Shown here: positions 1 through 9,275 of the stretch, in pieces | Numbering within the stretch: position 1 is the first letter of the stretch | How the letters are laid out: every line of letters begins with the position of its first letter | NCBI GenBank assembly: GCA_043798435.1 | Contig: JAZDOR010000010.1 | Coordinates: forward strand, 1 to 49,388 | Source: a bacterium | GTDB lineage: Bacteria; UBA9089; UBA9088; JAGUXG01 | Direction of reading: 5' to 3' | Length of the DNA: 49,388 nucleotides | Made by a program: the position numbers and the translations under genes | The notes under the pieces: model-generated | What the model was told of the DNA's origin: nothing | The model's database searches: none | The model's input: the letters and a program-made list of their open reading frames with translations, nothing else

Positions 1-22
1 AAAATAAAAAATCAAATATTTA

Positions 23-94
23 GACACTGATAGACACAGATGAACACAGATAATTTTTACATTTTATCAGTGAAAATCAGTGTTAATCTGTGTC
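23..94. repeat. Imperfect inverted repeat built from CACAGAT/CACTGAT-type short words, downstream of carB
   Basis: Arms are 23-53 (gacactgatagacacagatgaacacagataa) and 64-94 (ttatcagtgaaaatcagtgttaatctgtgtc). A near-identical element lies in opposite orientation at 44966-45037. Confidence 0.7.
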
Positions 95-177
95 AAAAAA
101 ACTTTATTTATTTTTTGCCATCCCAATTTACTTGAGTATAATAAGTGTGGTTAATTTTTACTTCAGAGGCTGAAGTG

Positions 178-3100
178 TTACAACAAATGAATCTCCATAT
201 GATACTCCTGAATGGGTTTTACCTCTATCTTTCCATTTATCAAGGCTGATATGCCATCGGCTGAGGCTAATGCCCCGGGGATGGTAGTGATAATAGGAAT
301 ATTATAGGCATAGGCAGTTGTTCTTATCTTCACCTCATCCTGCCTTGGTCTCTTTCCAGAGGGTGTGTTTATGACTAAGGCTATCTGGCCATTCTTCATC
401 TCGTCTATAATGTCAGGTCTCCCCTCCCCTAAGCGAAATACATTTTCACAAGCAATCCCATGTGACTTGAGAAATTTTGATGTTCCGGTAGTGCCAACTA
501 TAGCAAAACCCATATCAAAAAATTTCTTTGCTACAGGCAACACCTTCTCCTTTTCTCTATCTGTCACGCTGATAAAGACGCTTCCCTTCTTTGGCAGGAT
601 TTGTCCCGCTGCCATCTGTGCCTTAGCAAAAGCCATCCCAAAACTTGAGTCTATGCCCATAACCTCGCCAGTTGACCTCATCTCAGGGCCAAGTATAGTA
701 TCTACCCCTGAAAATCTTGTCCAGGGAAAGACAACCTCTTTGACACAAGCTATGTTTGGTATTATCTCACGAGTGAAGCCAAGATCCTTGAGCTTCTTCC
801 CGATCATTACCTTTGTTGCCAGCCTTGCCAAGGATACACCAATAGCCTTTGAGACAAAGGGTATTGTTCGTGATGCCCTTGGGTTTACCTCCAGGACATA
901 GACCTCATCATCTTTGATGGCATACTGAATATTTATCAAGCCAATCACACCAAGCTCTTTGGCTAAGGAATATGTGTTCTGCCTGATCTTTTCAAGGATA
1001 CCCGCAGAAAGTGTATGTGTTGGAAGGACACAGGCAGAATCACCTGAGTGAACACCTGCATACTCAATATGCTCCATAATCCCACCCAAGACAGTCGTCT
1101 CTCCATCTGAAATGGCATCCGCATCAATCTCAATAGCATCCTCAAGGAATTTATCCACAAGGACAGGATGAGAAGGAGAGGCCTCAACCGCCTCCCGCAT
1201 ATATTTCTCCAAATCTTCTTCATCATAGACAATTTCCATTGCCCGTCCACCTAAAACATAGGAAGGACGCATCAAAACCGGATAGCCTATTTCTTCGGCA
1301 ATCTTTTTTGCCTCTTGTGGGGATGTGCCTGTATCATTAGGGGTTTGCTTGAGCCCGATTTTTTGCAGTAGCTCCTTAAAGCGTTTGCGGTCTTCTGCCC
1401 TGTCTATGGAATCAGTTGAAGTGCCGAGAATTTTCACCCCTGCCTTCTCTAATTGAAGAGCCAGATTTAATGGTGTCTGTCCCCCAAGCTGGATAATCAC
1501 ACCCTCTGGTTTTTCTTTGTCTATAATATTCAGGATGTCTTCCAGAGTCATTGGTTCAAAGTAGAGCTTGTCTGATGTATCATAATCCGTGGAGACTGTC
1601 TCAGGGTTGCAGTTTATCATAATGGATTCAACCCCCTCTTCTTTCAAGGCAAAGGATGCCTGACAGCAACAGTAGTCAAACTCTATGCCCTGGCCTATTC
1701 TGTTTGGTCCACCACCCAGAATGATTACCTTCTTTCTATTGGATGGAGTTGTCTCATCCTCTTCTTCATAAGTAGAGTAATAATAAGGCGTGGTTGATTC
1801 AAACTCTGCCGCACAGGTATCCACTAACTTAAAGACAGGCTCTATGCCCTTGCCTTTTCTGAAACTACGAATAGACATCTCATCTGAGTCTAACAAATAC
1901 GCCAACTGCCTATCGCTAAACCCATATTGCTTAGCCTTTCGCAGTAGTTCACTTGAGATTCGGGGTTCGGGGTTCGGGGATCGGGGATCGGGGATCGGGG
2001 ATCGGGGATCGGGGTTCGGGGATCGGGGATCGGGGGTCAAGGTTCCAGGTTCCAGGTTCAAGGTTCCAGGTTCCAGGTTCAAGGTTATAGGTTCCAGATT
2101 CAAGGTTATAGGTTCCAGGTTCAAGGTTCCAGGTTCAAGGGTCAAGGTTATAGGTTCTAGGGTCAAGGTTCTATGTTCTAAGTTTAAGGTTCTATGTTCT
2201 ATGTTCAAGGTTCTATGTTCTAAGTTTAAGGTTCTATGTTCAAGGTTCAAGGTTCTGTATTCTGGATTCTGAATTCTGAATTCTGAATTCTGGATTCTGT
2301 CTTCTGTCTTCTGAATTCTGGATTCTTCCTCCTGACTCCTGTCTTCTGTATTCTGTATTCTGTATTCTGGATTCTGAATTCTTCCTCCTGACTCCTGTCT
2401 TCTGTATTCTGTATTCTGGATTCTGAATTCTGGATTCTGAATTCTTTCTCCTGACACCTGACCCCTGACCCCTGACCCCTGACCCCTGATCTCTTCCTCC
2501 ATCTCCACAATCTGCCTGATATTCTCCAAAAACCACCTATCTATCTTAGTCAACTGATATATCTCTTCTATTCCCATCCCCATCTTAATCGCCTCTCTGA
2601 TATAAAAAATCCTCTCAGAATTTGGCACAACCAACTTTTCTTTAATCCTCTCTTCTGTATTCTGTATTCTGTATTCTGTATTCTGTATCCTATCCTTTCC
2701 ATCCCCACCAAGCCCTGCTCTACCTATCTCCAAAGACCTCAATCCTTTCTGTAAAGCCTCCTTGAATGTCCTGCCAATAGCCATTGCCTCGCCCACAGAT
2801 TTCATTGAGGTTGTAAGCACATCCGTAGCTTGAGCAAACTTTTCAAAGGTAAACCTGGGAATCTTGATGACGCAGTAATCAATGGTCGGCTCAAATGAGG
2901 CTGGGGTTTTTTTGGTAATATCATTGGGAATCTCATCAAGGGTATAGCCAACAGCCAGCTTTGCCGCAATTTTAGCAATTGGAAAACCAGTAGCCTTTGA
3001 GGCAAGGGCAGAGCTTCTTGATACCCTTGGGTTTATCTCAATCACCACCATCCGACCGTCCTCAGGATTTATAGCAAACTGAACATTTGAGCCGCCTGTC

Positions 3101-3933
3101 TGGACGCCAATCTCACGGATGACAGCAATCGCTGCATCCCTCATCTTCTGGTATTCTTTGTCTGTAAGGGTCTGAGCAGGGGCAACGGTGATGGAATCCC
3201 CTGTATGAACACCCATCGGATCAAGATTTTCTATAGAGCAGATGATGACCACATTATCCTTGACATCACGCATTACCTCAAGTTCATACTCCTTCCAGCC
3301 AAGAACAGATTCTTCAATCAGGATTTCACCAATCATACTTGCCTCTATTCCGGATTGAGAAAACCCGACAAACTCCTCTTTATTAAAGGCAATCCCTCCA
3401 CCTGTTCCACCAAGGGTGAAGCTCGGTCGTATAACCAGAGGAAACCCCAATTCTTCTGCTACTTTCCAGGCATCTTCCATAGTGTATGCCAGCCCACTCC
3501 TTGGCACATCCAAGCCAATCTTCTCCATAGCCTCCTTGAACTGCTTTCTATCCTCTGCCTTTTTGATAGCAGCATAATCCGCACCAATCATTTCAACGCC
3601 AAACCTCTCTAAGATACCCATTTCCGCCACCTTCACCGCCACATTAAGTCCGGTCTGCCCCCCTAAGGTCGGCAGGATGGCATCAGGACGCTCTTTCTCA
3701 ATAATCTTGGCTACAATCTCAGGGGTAACAGGCTCAATATATATTCGGTCTGCTGTCTGTGGATCAGTCATAATCGTAGCAGGGTTTGAATTTATCAGGA
3801 CGACAGAGTACCCCTCTTCCTTCAGAGCCTTGCAAGCCTGAGTGCCTGAGTAGTCAAACTCACAGCCCTGGCCGATGATAATAGGCCCTGCACCTATGAT
3901 TAAAATTTTGTGCAAATCTCGTCGTTTTGGCAT
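178..3933 (-). CDS. carB: Carbamoyl-phosphate synthase large subunit carrying a ~175-aa low-complexity insertion
   Basis: 1251-aa ORF with two ATP-grasp halves ([19 protein letters not shown]; [19 protein letters not shown]) and an MGS-like C-terminus. It is about 180 aa longer than typical CarB because of the repeat-encoded segment at 1961-2499. Confidence 0.95.
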   Translation of the reverse strand: MPKRRDLHKILIIGAGPIIIGQGCEFDYSGTQACKALKEEGYSVVLINSNPATIMTDPQTADRIYIEPVTPEIVAKIIEKERPDAILPTLGGQTGLNVAVKVAEMGILERFGVEMIGADYAAIKKAEDRKQFKEAMEKIGLDVPRSGLAYTMEDAWKVAEELGFPLVIRPSFTLGGTGGGIAFNKEEFVGFSQSGIEASMIGEILIEESVLGWKEYELEVMRDVKDNVVIICSIENLDPMGVHTGDSITVAPAQTLTDKEYQKMRDAAIAVIREIGVQTGGSNVQFAINPEDGRMVVIEINPRVSRSSALASKATGFPIAKIAAKLAVGYTLDEIPNDITKKTPASFEPTIDYCVIKIPRFTFEKFAQATDVLTTSMKSVGEAMAIGRTFKEALQKGLRSLEIGRAGLGGDGKDRIQNTEYRIQNTEERIKEKLVVPNSERIFYIREAIKMGMGIEEIYQLTKIDRWFLENIRQIVEMEEEIRGQGSGVRGQVSGERIQNPEFRIQNTEYRRQESGGRIQNPEYRIQNTEDRSQEEESRIQKTEDRIQNSEFRIQNPEYRTLNLEHRTLNLEHRTLNIEHRTLNLEHRTLTLEPITLTLEPGTLNLEPITLNLEPITLNLEPGTLNLEPGTLTPDPRSPNPDPRSPIPDPRSPNPEPRISSELLRKAKQYGFSDRQLAYLLDSDEMSIRSFRKGKGIEPVFKLVDTCAAEFESTTPYYYSTYEEEDETTPSNRKKVIILGGGPNRIGQGIEFDYCCCQASFALKEEGVESIMINCNPETVSTDYDTSDKLYFEPMTLEDILNIIDKEKPEGVIIQLGGQTPLNLALQLEKAGVKILGTSTDSIDRAEDRKRFKELLQKIGLKQTPNDTGTSPQEAKKIAEEIGYPVLMRPSYVLGGRAMEIVYDEEDLEKYMREAVEASPSHPVLVDKFLEDAIEIDADAISDGETTVLGGIMEHIEYAGVHSGDSACVLPTHTLSAGILEKIRQNTYSLAKELGVIGLINIQYAIKDDEVYVLEVNPRASRTIPFVSKAIGVSLARLATKVMIGKKLKDLGFTREIIPNIACVKEVVFPWTRFSGVDTILGPEMRSTGEVMGIDSSFGMAFAKAQMAAGQILPKKGSVFISVTDREKEKVLPVAKKFFDMGFAIVGTTGTSKFLKSHGIACENVFRLGEGRPDIIDEMKNGQIALVINTPSGKRPRQDEVKIRTTAYAYNIPIITTIPGALASADGISALINGKIEVKPIQEYHMEIHLL
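1961..2499. repeat. 77 consecutive phase-locked heptanucleotide words inside carB
   Basis: Counted by hand with no indel in the 7-nt register. Word blocks: CGGGGWT x11 (1961-2037), CMAGGTT/ATAGGTT/CTATGTT types (2038-2254), CTGNATT/CTGTCTT/CTGACTC types (2255-2457), CTGACCC (2458-2492). Confidence 0.95.
2648..2689. repeat. Second, short heptamer tract (CTGTATT x5-6) inside carB
   Basis: ctctctt ctgtatt x4 ctgtatc, translated in frame as [15 protein letters not shown] in a variable linker of the CarB oligomerisation domain. Confidence 0.9.
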
Positions 3934-3973
3934 AATTTTTACCCCTTATTTTTGAATGGTACTGTCAACGACT

Positions 3974-4153
3974 AACCACAGAGTCCACAGAGAAAAACTA
4001 TACCTTTCCTGTTTTTTACTCTGTGCCCTCTAATATTTATATTATCTGAAAGTCTTTAAGCCCATTACTTACCATGCAGAAAATCTTTTTGAGAACATAG
4101 AGTCAGTTCATCTTTAATCTTTAGCTAAAATAAACTCTGTGCCCTCTGTGGTT
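3974..4153. repeat. Inverted-repeat element (CACAGAG words) upstream of carB
   Basis: aaccacagagtccacagag (3974-3992) against ctctgtgccctctgtggtt (4135-4153), 16/19 complementary. An extra half copy lies at 4019-4030. No intact ORF lies between the arms. Confidence 0.6.
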
Positions 4154-4174
4154 TCTTTCATATTTTATCATACT

Positions 4175-4498
4175 TTATTTGACACTACCATAAAAGCCCA
4201 TCCGTCTACACGGTTTTTCAGGTGGTATCATAAGTTGACGAATTACCTCAAAGATTGTCTGAATTTCTTCATCGTGTTTTTCAATCTTTCTTTCAAGTTC
4301 AGTTAACTTATATGCCAGTTCTTTATGCGTTGAAAGGATTTCTCTAAGTTTTACAAATGTCCGCATAATCGCAACATTAACTATAATAGCCCTTTCGCTA
4401 TTAAGAATACTTGAAAGCATGGCTACTCCTTGCTCTGTAAATGCATAAGGTAAATAACGACGACCACCCCAACTTGAGGTGCCAAATTGGCACCTCAA
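4175..4498 (-). pseudogene. ORF6N-domain protein, C-terminal fragment (N-terminal half missing)
   Basis: Contains [31 protein letters not shown], the conserved core of ORF6N/KilA-N-like proteins. The frame opens only about 8 codons upstream and has no ATG. Confidence 0.55.
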
Positions 4499-4573
4499 GA
4501 AATCCTTATATTCTTTTAGGTTCTTTGACTCATCTTACCTTAATCTCCAAATTCTCTTCTATCTCCCCTTCAA

Positions 4574-4780
4574 TCAATCTCGGCAAAAGCATAGCACGGG
4601 TTTGGCGGAAGGTCTGGTTTCATCAGTAATATCCGTTGGAGCAATAAAAGGGAATTCATCACCGAAATATTCTTTAATTGCTGTTGGTGGAGTTTTATCG
4701 GTAACTACTCGACCAATTTCCTTAATCTTTTTTGTTTCCCACCTATTTTCCATAGCACTTTTCCTCATCTCATCCACCAC
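4574..4780 (-). pseudogene. Type I restriction specificity subunit (HsdS) N-terminal fragment
   Basis: W-E-x-KKIKEIGRVVTDKTPPT...FPFIAPTDI matches the start of an HsdS target-recognition domain. The ORF ends after 68 aa. Confidence 0.5.
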
Positions 4781-4786
4781 AATAAT

Positions 4787-5809
4787 TTAGTTTTCCTCAT
4801 ACCCTTCAGGTTCAGGCAAGGGTAGGGAATGCAACTTTTGTTTAAGCAATTTTTGGTCAATAATTTTTGTTTTATAGCTGGCTATCTTCATTGGTGAGAC
4901 TGTTTTGCTCATTGCTATTCGCACAACTTCTTCATCCTTTGACTTACAGAGGATTAGACCTACAGATGGATTTTCATCATTTAGCTTCAGTTTCTCATCG
5001 ATTGCAGCTAAATAAAACTGCATCTTGCCAACATATTCGGGTTTAAACTTTCCAATCTTCAATTCTACTGCTATAAGACACTTCAAGACTCTATGATAAA
5101 ACAACAAATCTACTTTATAGTCCTCGTTTCCAACAGTTACCTTATATTCATCTCCTACCAGTGTAAAATATCTACCAAATTCAAGGAAGAACTGTTTTAA
5201 GTTTCCTACAATTGACTTACGCAAATCTTTTTCTGAAAAATCATCCTTTAATCCAAGAAAGTCAAATATATACTCATCCTTAAAATGTGCCAGGATATTC
5301 TTTTCTTTGGTATAAGGGATTAATTTATCTGCCTTTTTTGAGAGCATAAATCGTTCGTATAAAGAAGAATCAATCTGTCTCTCAAGTTCCCTCTTACTCC
5401 AATTTTCACTTATGCAGGTTTTTAAGTAAAACTCTTTTTCTTCGATGGTTTCTGTATGATGCAATATCATTAAGTTCTGTGTCCACGACAATTCTCTCAC
5501 CAGTGGTGAGAGTTTTTCGTTGTTTTTATAAGTTTCGTAAAATTGTTTCATCCGCCATAAATTTTGAACAGAAAATCCCTTCATATCAGGGAATTCTCGC
5601 TGTAAATCTATAGATAACCTCTCTACAACACCTTCACCCCAATCAGAAATCTCTACCTTCTCATAAATACCTTTACCTATATGAAGATACAATTCAACTA
5701 ATTGCTTATTAACTGTTTGATAGGCCTTTTGGCGAGCAGAGATAATCTCTGCCTTCAATTTGCCAACAAATTCTCTGTATTCATCAGATTTTACAATATC
5801 TCTTCTCAT
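4787..5809 (-). CDS. DUF1016 / YhcG-family PD-(D/E)XK nuclease-like protein
   Basis: 340 aa. The N-terminus (ARQKAYQTVNKQLVELYLHIGKGI, LSWTQNLMIL) and the C-terminal DLLFYH...IAVELK core are typical of DUF1016 proteins embedded in type I R-M loci. Confidence 0.75.
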   Translation of the reverse strand: MRRDIVKSDEYREFVGKLKAEIISARQKAYQTVNKQLVELYLHIGKGIYEKVEISDWGEGVVERLSIDLQREFPDMKGFSVQNLWRMKQFYETYKNNEKLSPLVRELSWTQNLMILHHTETIEEKEFYLKTCISENWSKRELERQIDSSLYERFMLSKKADKLIPYTKEKNILAHFKDEYIFDFLGLKDDFSEKDLRKSIVGNLKQFFLEFGRYFTLVGDEYKVTVGNEDYKVDLLFYHRVLKCLIAVELKIGKFKPEYVGKMQFYLAAIDEKLKLNDENPSVGLILCKSKDEEVVRIAMSKTVSPMKIASYKTKIIDQKLLKQKLHSLPLPEPEGYEEN

Positions 5810-5846
5810 TACCCAACCTCTGTTTCAACCATTTTTTAATATTTCC

Positions 5847-5990
5847 CTATTGAAACTTAGAATCAGCAAAACGCAAGAATATCAATCCCAAAACCGGCTC
5901 GGCGTAATCTGAAGCCTTTAATTTAGAATTAGCCCGCAGATTATCCGCCGCATCCCACAATCTTTGTTCCAAAGACCTTTCTTTTTTCAA
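5847..5990 (-). pseudogene. Type I R-M methylase (HsdM) N-terminal fragment, 47 codons
   Basis: My translation is (M)[46 protein letters not shown], which fits the HsdM_N motif. It starts 1 nt into the carA stop codon. Confidence 0.6.
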
Positions 5991-7080
5991 GCCAAAACCT
6001 CCTTTCTTCTTTTTATCATCTCAGTAAATTCGTTGAATAGATAGCTGGCATCGTGTGGTCCCGGGGATGCCTCCGGGTGGTATTGGACAGAGAAGATAGG
6101 CAGGCTTTTGTGCCTCATTCCCTCAAGGGTCTGGTCATTTAGGTTGATGTGGGTTATCTCTATATCATCAGGCAGAGATTCAATATCCACACAGAAGCCG
6201 TGGTTTTGAGAGGTGATGTCAATCTTTCCTGTTTTCAGGTCTTTGACAGGCTGATTTCCTCCCCTGTGGCCAAACTTGAGCTTGTAGGTTTTTCCACCAA
6301 GGGCTAAACCTAAAATCTGATGCCCCAAACATATCCCGAAGATTGGTAAGCCTGTGCGAATAAGCCTTCTTACTGTATCTATAGCATTTAGAACACCTGC
6401 AGGGTCTCCTGGGCCATTAGAAAGAAAGATACCGTCTGGATTTAGGGCAAGAATTTCATCAGAGGATGTGCTTGCCGGGACTATCGTGACATTACACCCT
6501 GCATCTGTTAGCATTCTGAGAATGTTATATTTTATCCCAAAGTCTATTGCTACTACCTTGAATCGGTAATCGGTAATCGGTAATCGGTAATTTCTTTGCA
6601 GGTTACTTCCTTGACTAAGTCTCTGCCGACTAATCCAGGAGAGGCTTTTGCTTTTGCCACAAGGCTTTCTGGGTCTAAGTCCAATGTTGAGATGACTGCC
6701 TTCATTGCCCCTTGGGTTCTTATATGCTTGGTCAATGCCCTGGTGTCTGTGCCTTCTATACCGATGATATTATGCTCTTTCAGGTAATCAGGAAGGCTCT
6801 TCTTTGCCCTCCAATTACTGTAAATTCTGCTGTATTCTTTAACCACAAACCCTTCAACCTGCGGTCTTTCCGACTCAATATCCTCGTCGTTCACACCATA
6901 ATTTCCTATCAAGGGATAGGTCATGGTTACAATCTGACCTTTGTATGATGGGTCTGTCAGGATCTCCTGATAGCCGCTCATGCTGGTGTTAAAGACTATC
7001 TCACCAGACTTCTCACCGCTTGCACCAAACCCCTCACCCTCAAACCACCTTCCATCCTCTAAGGCAATGATTGTTTTCAT
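5987..7080 (-). pseudogene. carA: Carbamoyl-phosphate synthase small subunit, reading frame broken inside a heptamer repeat
   Basis: ORF 6553-7080 is the CarA N-domain ([24 protein letters not shown]). The downstream frame reads [22 protein letters not shown]...ICLGHQ (GATase domain). The two frames are offset by 1 nt across 6561-6591. Confidence 0.85.
6561..6591. repeat. (AATCGGT)4 heptamer tandem repeat at the carA frame break
   Basis: aatcggt x4 plus aat. The same word builds the hairpin at 36653-36713. Confidence 0.95.
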
Positions 7081-7236
7081 CAGGTTAAAATTTTTGTAAC
7101 CGCAAAGTTCGCTAAGAATTATAATTAATTTACTACTCTTTTTACCCCTTACTTTAATTAGTAGAAAAATGAACCTATCCCTTTTTCTCTTTATTTCCTG
7201 ATAACTATTGACCAGTAACTAATGACTATCTGTCTA

Positions 7237-7364
7237 ATCCCCTTTTCATTGGGTCGGCTTCAATCTCGAATCTCGAATTGCGAATCTCGAATCTATCTAT
7301 TTCCTATCTTCAGATCCGCAATCCGCGATCCGCAATTCCCGATTTAAACATCCCCTTTTCATTG
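7237..7364. repeat. 19-mer direct repeat pair flanking a heptamer-word segment
   Basis: atccccttttcattgggtc at 7237-7255 and atccccttttcattg at 7350-7364. The segment between them is made of gaatctc and gatccgc words. Confidence 0.85.
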
Positions 7365-7449
7365 TCTTCTCGTGGTTCAACTACCCTCTGGCAAGCCTCT
7401 ATTTTCAAAGAGCTAAGACACCCTTTTCCGTATGGGTCTGATTTTGGCC

Positions 7450-7683
7450 TTATATTAACCCTATTTTTTCCCATATCCCTTTCTTCTCTTGCCTCACCTT
7501 TTTAATCAACTCAATTACCTCTTTCCTGCTCATTGCCTCGGTCTTCTGCTCTAATTCTGCTACAGAGTTACCCTTGTTTAGACCTATCATCTGGAAAAAC
7601 TTGATTGCCTTTATGGGACCTAAGTTCTCATATAAGGTTTCCACCCCTTCCTCTAAAATCTCTTCAGCAATCATTGCATTCAT
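7450..7683 (-). CDS. Small protein immediately downstream of the PIN gene (possible cognate antitoxin)
   Basis: 77 aa. Its start abuts the PIN stop (7683/7684). I recognise no motif with confidence. Confidence 0.45.
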   Translation of the reverse strand: MNAMIAEEILEEGVETLYENLGPIKAIKFFQMIGLNKGNSVAELEQKTEAMSRKEVIELIKKVRQEKKGIWEKIGLI

Positions 7684-8151
7684 TTACTCCACCTCCATCT
7701 CTTCTAAAAAATTCACTGGATTTCTTATCTTGATACTATACCCTAATTTATGTAAATTAGCCTCAAATACTGAAGCATTTTTAGTCAGTTCGTCATCGCA
7801 GGTGAGAAGAAATGTGCAACTTTGCAATGAAGCCGCTATATGTAAAGCATCCATGAAATCCTTCAATTTACAGGCAGATTTAACATCATCCGCCAGCTTT
7901 ATGAGCTGATCATCAACCTGGATTAGTTCAATAGCACTACTATTTATCAGAGATTCAACCTGCTCTTTCTTCTCTATATCTTCAATCAGTGAGACTTCGG
8001 CTATTGCTGCCTCAGAGGTGATTATCTTCAAGAGACCAGCAGATTTCATCAGAAGAAGCTTATTCAAGGACTCAGCCTCATCAAGTATTCTCTCCTGTCT
8101 CAAATCGTCAAATGGTCTACACCATACATTAGTATCCAGATATACCTTCAT
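7684..8151 (-). CDS. PIN-domain protein (VapC-like toxin)
   Basis: MKVYLDTNV N-terminal acidic residue, then SEAAIAEV, DALHIA and LLTCDD acidic positions in PIN spacing. Confidence 0.7.
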   Translation of the reverse strand: MKVYLDTNVWCRPFDDLRQERILDEAESLNKLLLMKSAGLLKIITSEAAIAEVSLIEDIEKKEQVESLINSSAIELIQVDDQLIKLADDVKSACKLKDFMDALHIAASLQSCTFLLTCDDELTKNASVFEANLHKLGYSIKIRNPVNFLEEMEVE

Positions 8152-8190
8152 CTTCCCTACCTATTATAAACCATCTGCCTAACTATCGCA

Positions 8191-8319
8191 ATCCCCTTTT
8201 CATTGGGTCAAAATACAATGTTCAATTATCAATCTTCAATTATCAATTCCCTCCATCTCTTAATTGATCATTGATAATTGTTAATTGATAATTCTCCTTC
8301 ATCCCCTTTTCATTGGGTC
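8191..8319. repeat. Second 19-mer direct repeat pair flanking a CAATTAT-word hairpin
   Basis: atccccttttcattgggtc at 8191-8209 and 8301-8319, both exact. The inner arms caattatcaatcttcaattatcaatt and aattgatcattgataattgttaattgataatt are largely complementary. Confidence 0.9.
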
Positions 8320-8471
8320 AGTGTTTCAACTCCTCTTCTATATACTGTAATACATCTTCTATGCTCAACTTAGGAGTTGGCTCTATCTTTTCTTCAACAT
8401 GCTTGTGATGAAGAAAGGTTTTAATCTCTTTGTAATCTGGGAAACTATCTTGCTCTGCCTGAGAAGGTCTA

Positions 8472-8771
8472 TTATCCCATACATTCTTTCAACCCCGCAT
8501 ATCTCTCTTTCCATCCACAGTATGCCTGATGGAGACCTTCCCATATAATAAAGTTGTCCCATTCTTCAAAGTTTTCCTCTTTTGCCTTCTTTATCTTCTC
8601 CTCAAATCTTTCATAAGGCATCCCATACTTCTTCTCAAAGGAAAGCATCCTGCTTCGATAATACTCCATCTTTGTGGATGCCTCAAAGAGTAGAGAGCGA
8701 ACGATATCAGTTCCTCCTTTCTCTTCTTTTACCCACCTGGGCACTTGAATTTCCATAGTTACTGTTTCCAT
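8472..8771 (-). CDS. Hypothetical small protein
   Basis: 99-aa ORF, charged and helical-looking (FEKKYGMPYERFEEKIKK). No confident family assignment. Confidence 0.4.
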   Translation of the reverse strand: METVTMEIQVPRWVKEEKGGTDIVRSLLFEASTKMEYYRSRMLSFEKKYGMPYERFEEKIKKAKEENFEEWDNFIIWEGLHQAYCGWKERYAGLKECMG

Positions 8772-8839
8772 CTTACTTTATTCCTCCTGTTCTTACTATA
8801 CCCAAACAAATCAGGTTTGCAAAAATTGTGTTCGTTTAT

Positions 8840-8919
8840 GGTTCTGAGGTTCACGGTTCAAGGTTAAAGAATAAGAAGATTAACCGTGAATCTTGAACCC
8901 TTTAACCCCTGAACCTGAG
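8840..8919. repeat. Heptamer-word inverted repeat (GGTTCAA/GGTTCTG words)
   Basis: ggttctgaggttcacggttcaaggttaaag ... ttaaccgtgaatcttgaaccctttaacccctgaacctgag. Same word family as carB block 2 and as 47779-47865. Confidence 0.8.
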
Positions 8920-9275
8920 TAGTTACTTTTTTGTAAACCAATTTCTTTTCGGTATATTATCCACTTTACACCCTCCTTGATATCTTCACCAATCTTTTTT
9001 CCTAAGGCATTTATAGGATAATGGACATTTTCTCCATTTCTGAGACAGAATTATGGCTCCGGTTGATGGCTATACGAGTTGACGAAGAATATCTTCTCTT
9101 CTTTGGGTTCAAACTCTCCAAAAGAGAAGAATGCCTGGGGAGGAGAAAGAAAGGCTTAACAGAACATTTCCTATCACAGCTTAGATGAATCTTTCGTATC
9201 TTGCAGGAATTCTTCTCTGTCTCTAATTGGGTCAATTACCTAAACTCTATCTCCATCTCCTTTTCTTGCACTACC

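Noticed and set aside
1958-2490. The carB insertion as an intein or other self-splicing protein element
   Set aside because: There is no intein block A/B or terminal HN-C/S/T signature and no endonuclease domain. The segment is pure 7-aa low-complexity repeat.
1790-2536. Track ORFs 1790-2272 (+), 2240-2536 (-) and 2247-2510 (-) as genes
   Set aside because: They are alternative-frame or antisense readings of the heptamer tract, which is open because the words lack stop codons. They lie inside carB.
365-3612. Antisense or out-of-frame ORFs within carB (365-901, 963-1250, 2802-3005, 3205-3612)
   Set aside because: They are embedded in a strongly supported conserved CDS, have no recognisable motifs, and show the composition typical of shadow ORFs. 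The same reasoning applies to shadow ORFs inside typA, the kinases, fliF/G/H, pilM, DUF362 and Bro-N (for example 30818-31450 and 37569-38045).
5987-6514. carA as a naturally split gene (separate N-domain and GATase polypeptides)
   Set aside because: The ATG-initiated downstream ORF would lack the first conserved strand ([10 protein letters not shown]), which is encoded upstream in the same frame without a start codon. A frame break inside the heptamer repeat explains the data better.
7237-8319. The 19-mer direct repeats as a CRISPR array
   Set aside because: There are only two repeats per locus. The 'spacers' are low-complexity word repeats or hairpins. The 19-nt repeat is shorter than CRISPR repeats. 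No cas genes are in the window.
9011-9235. The 74-aa ORF downstream of typA
   Set aside because: It has low-complexity, Ser/Arg-rich composition, no SD and no motif. The region looks like degraded sequence ending in a repeat half-arm (ttttcttgcactacc).
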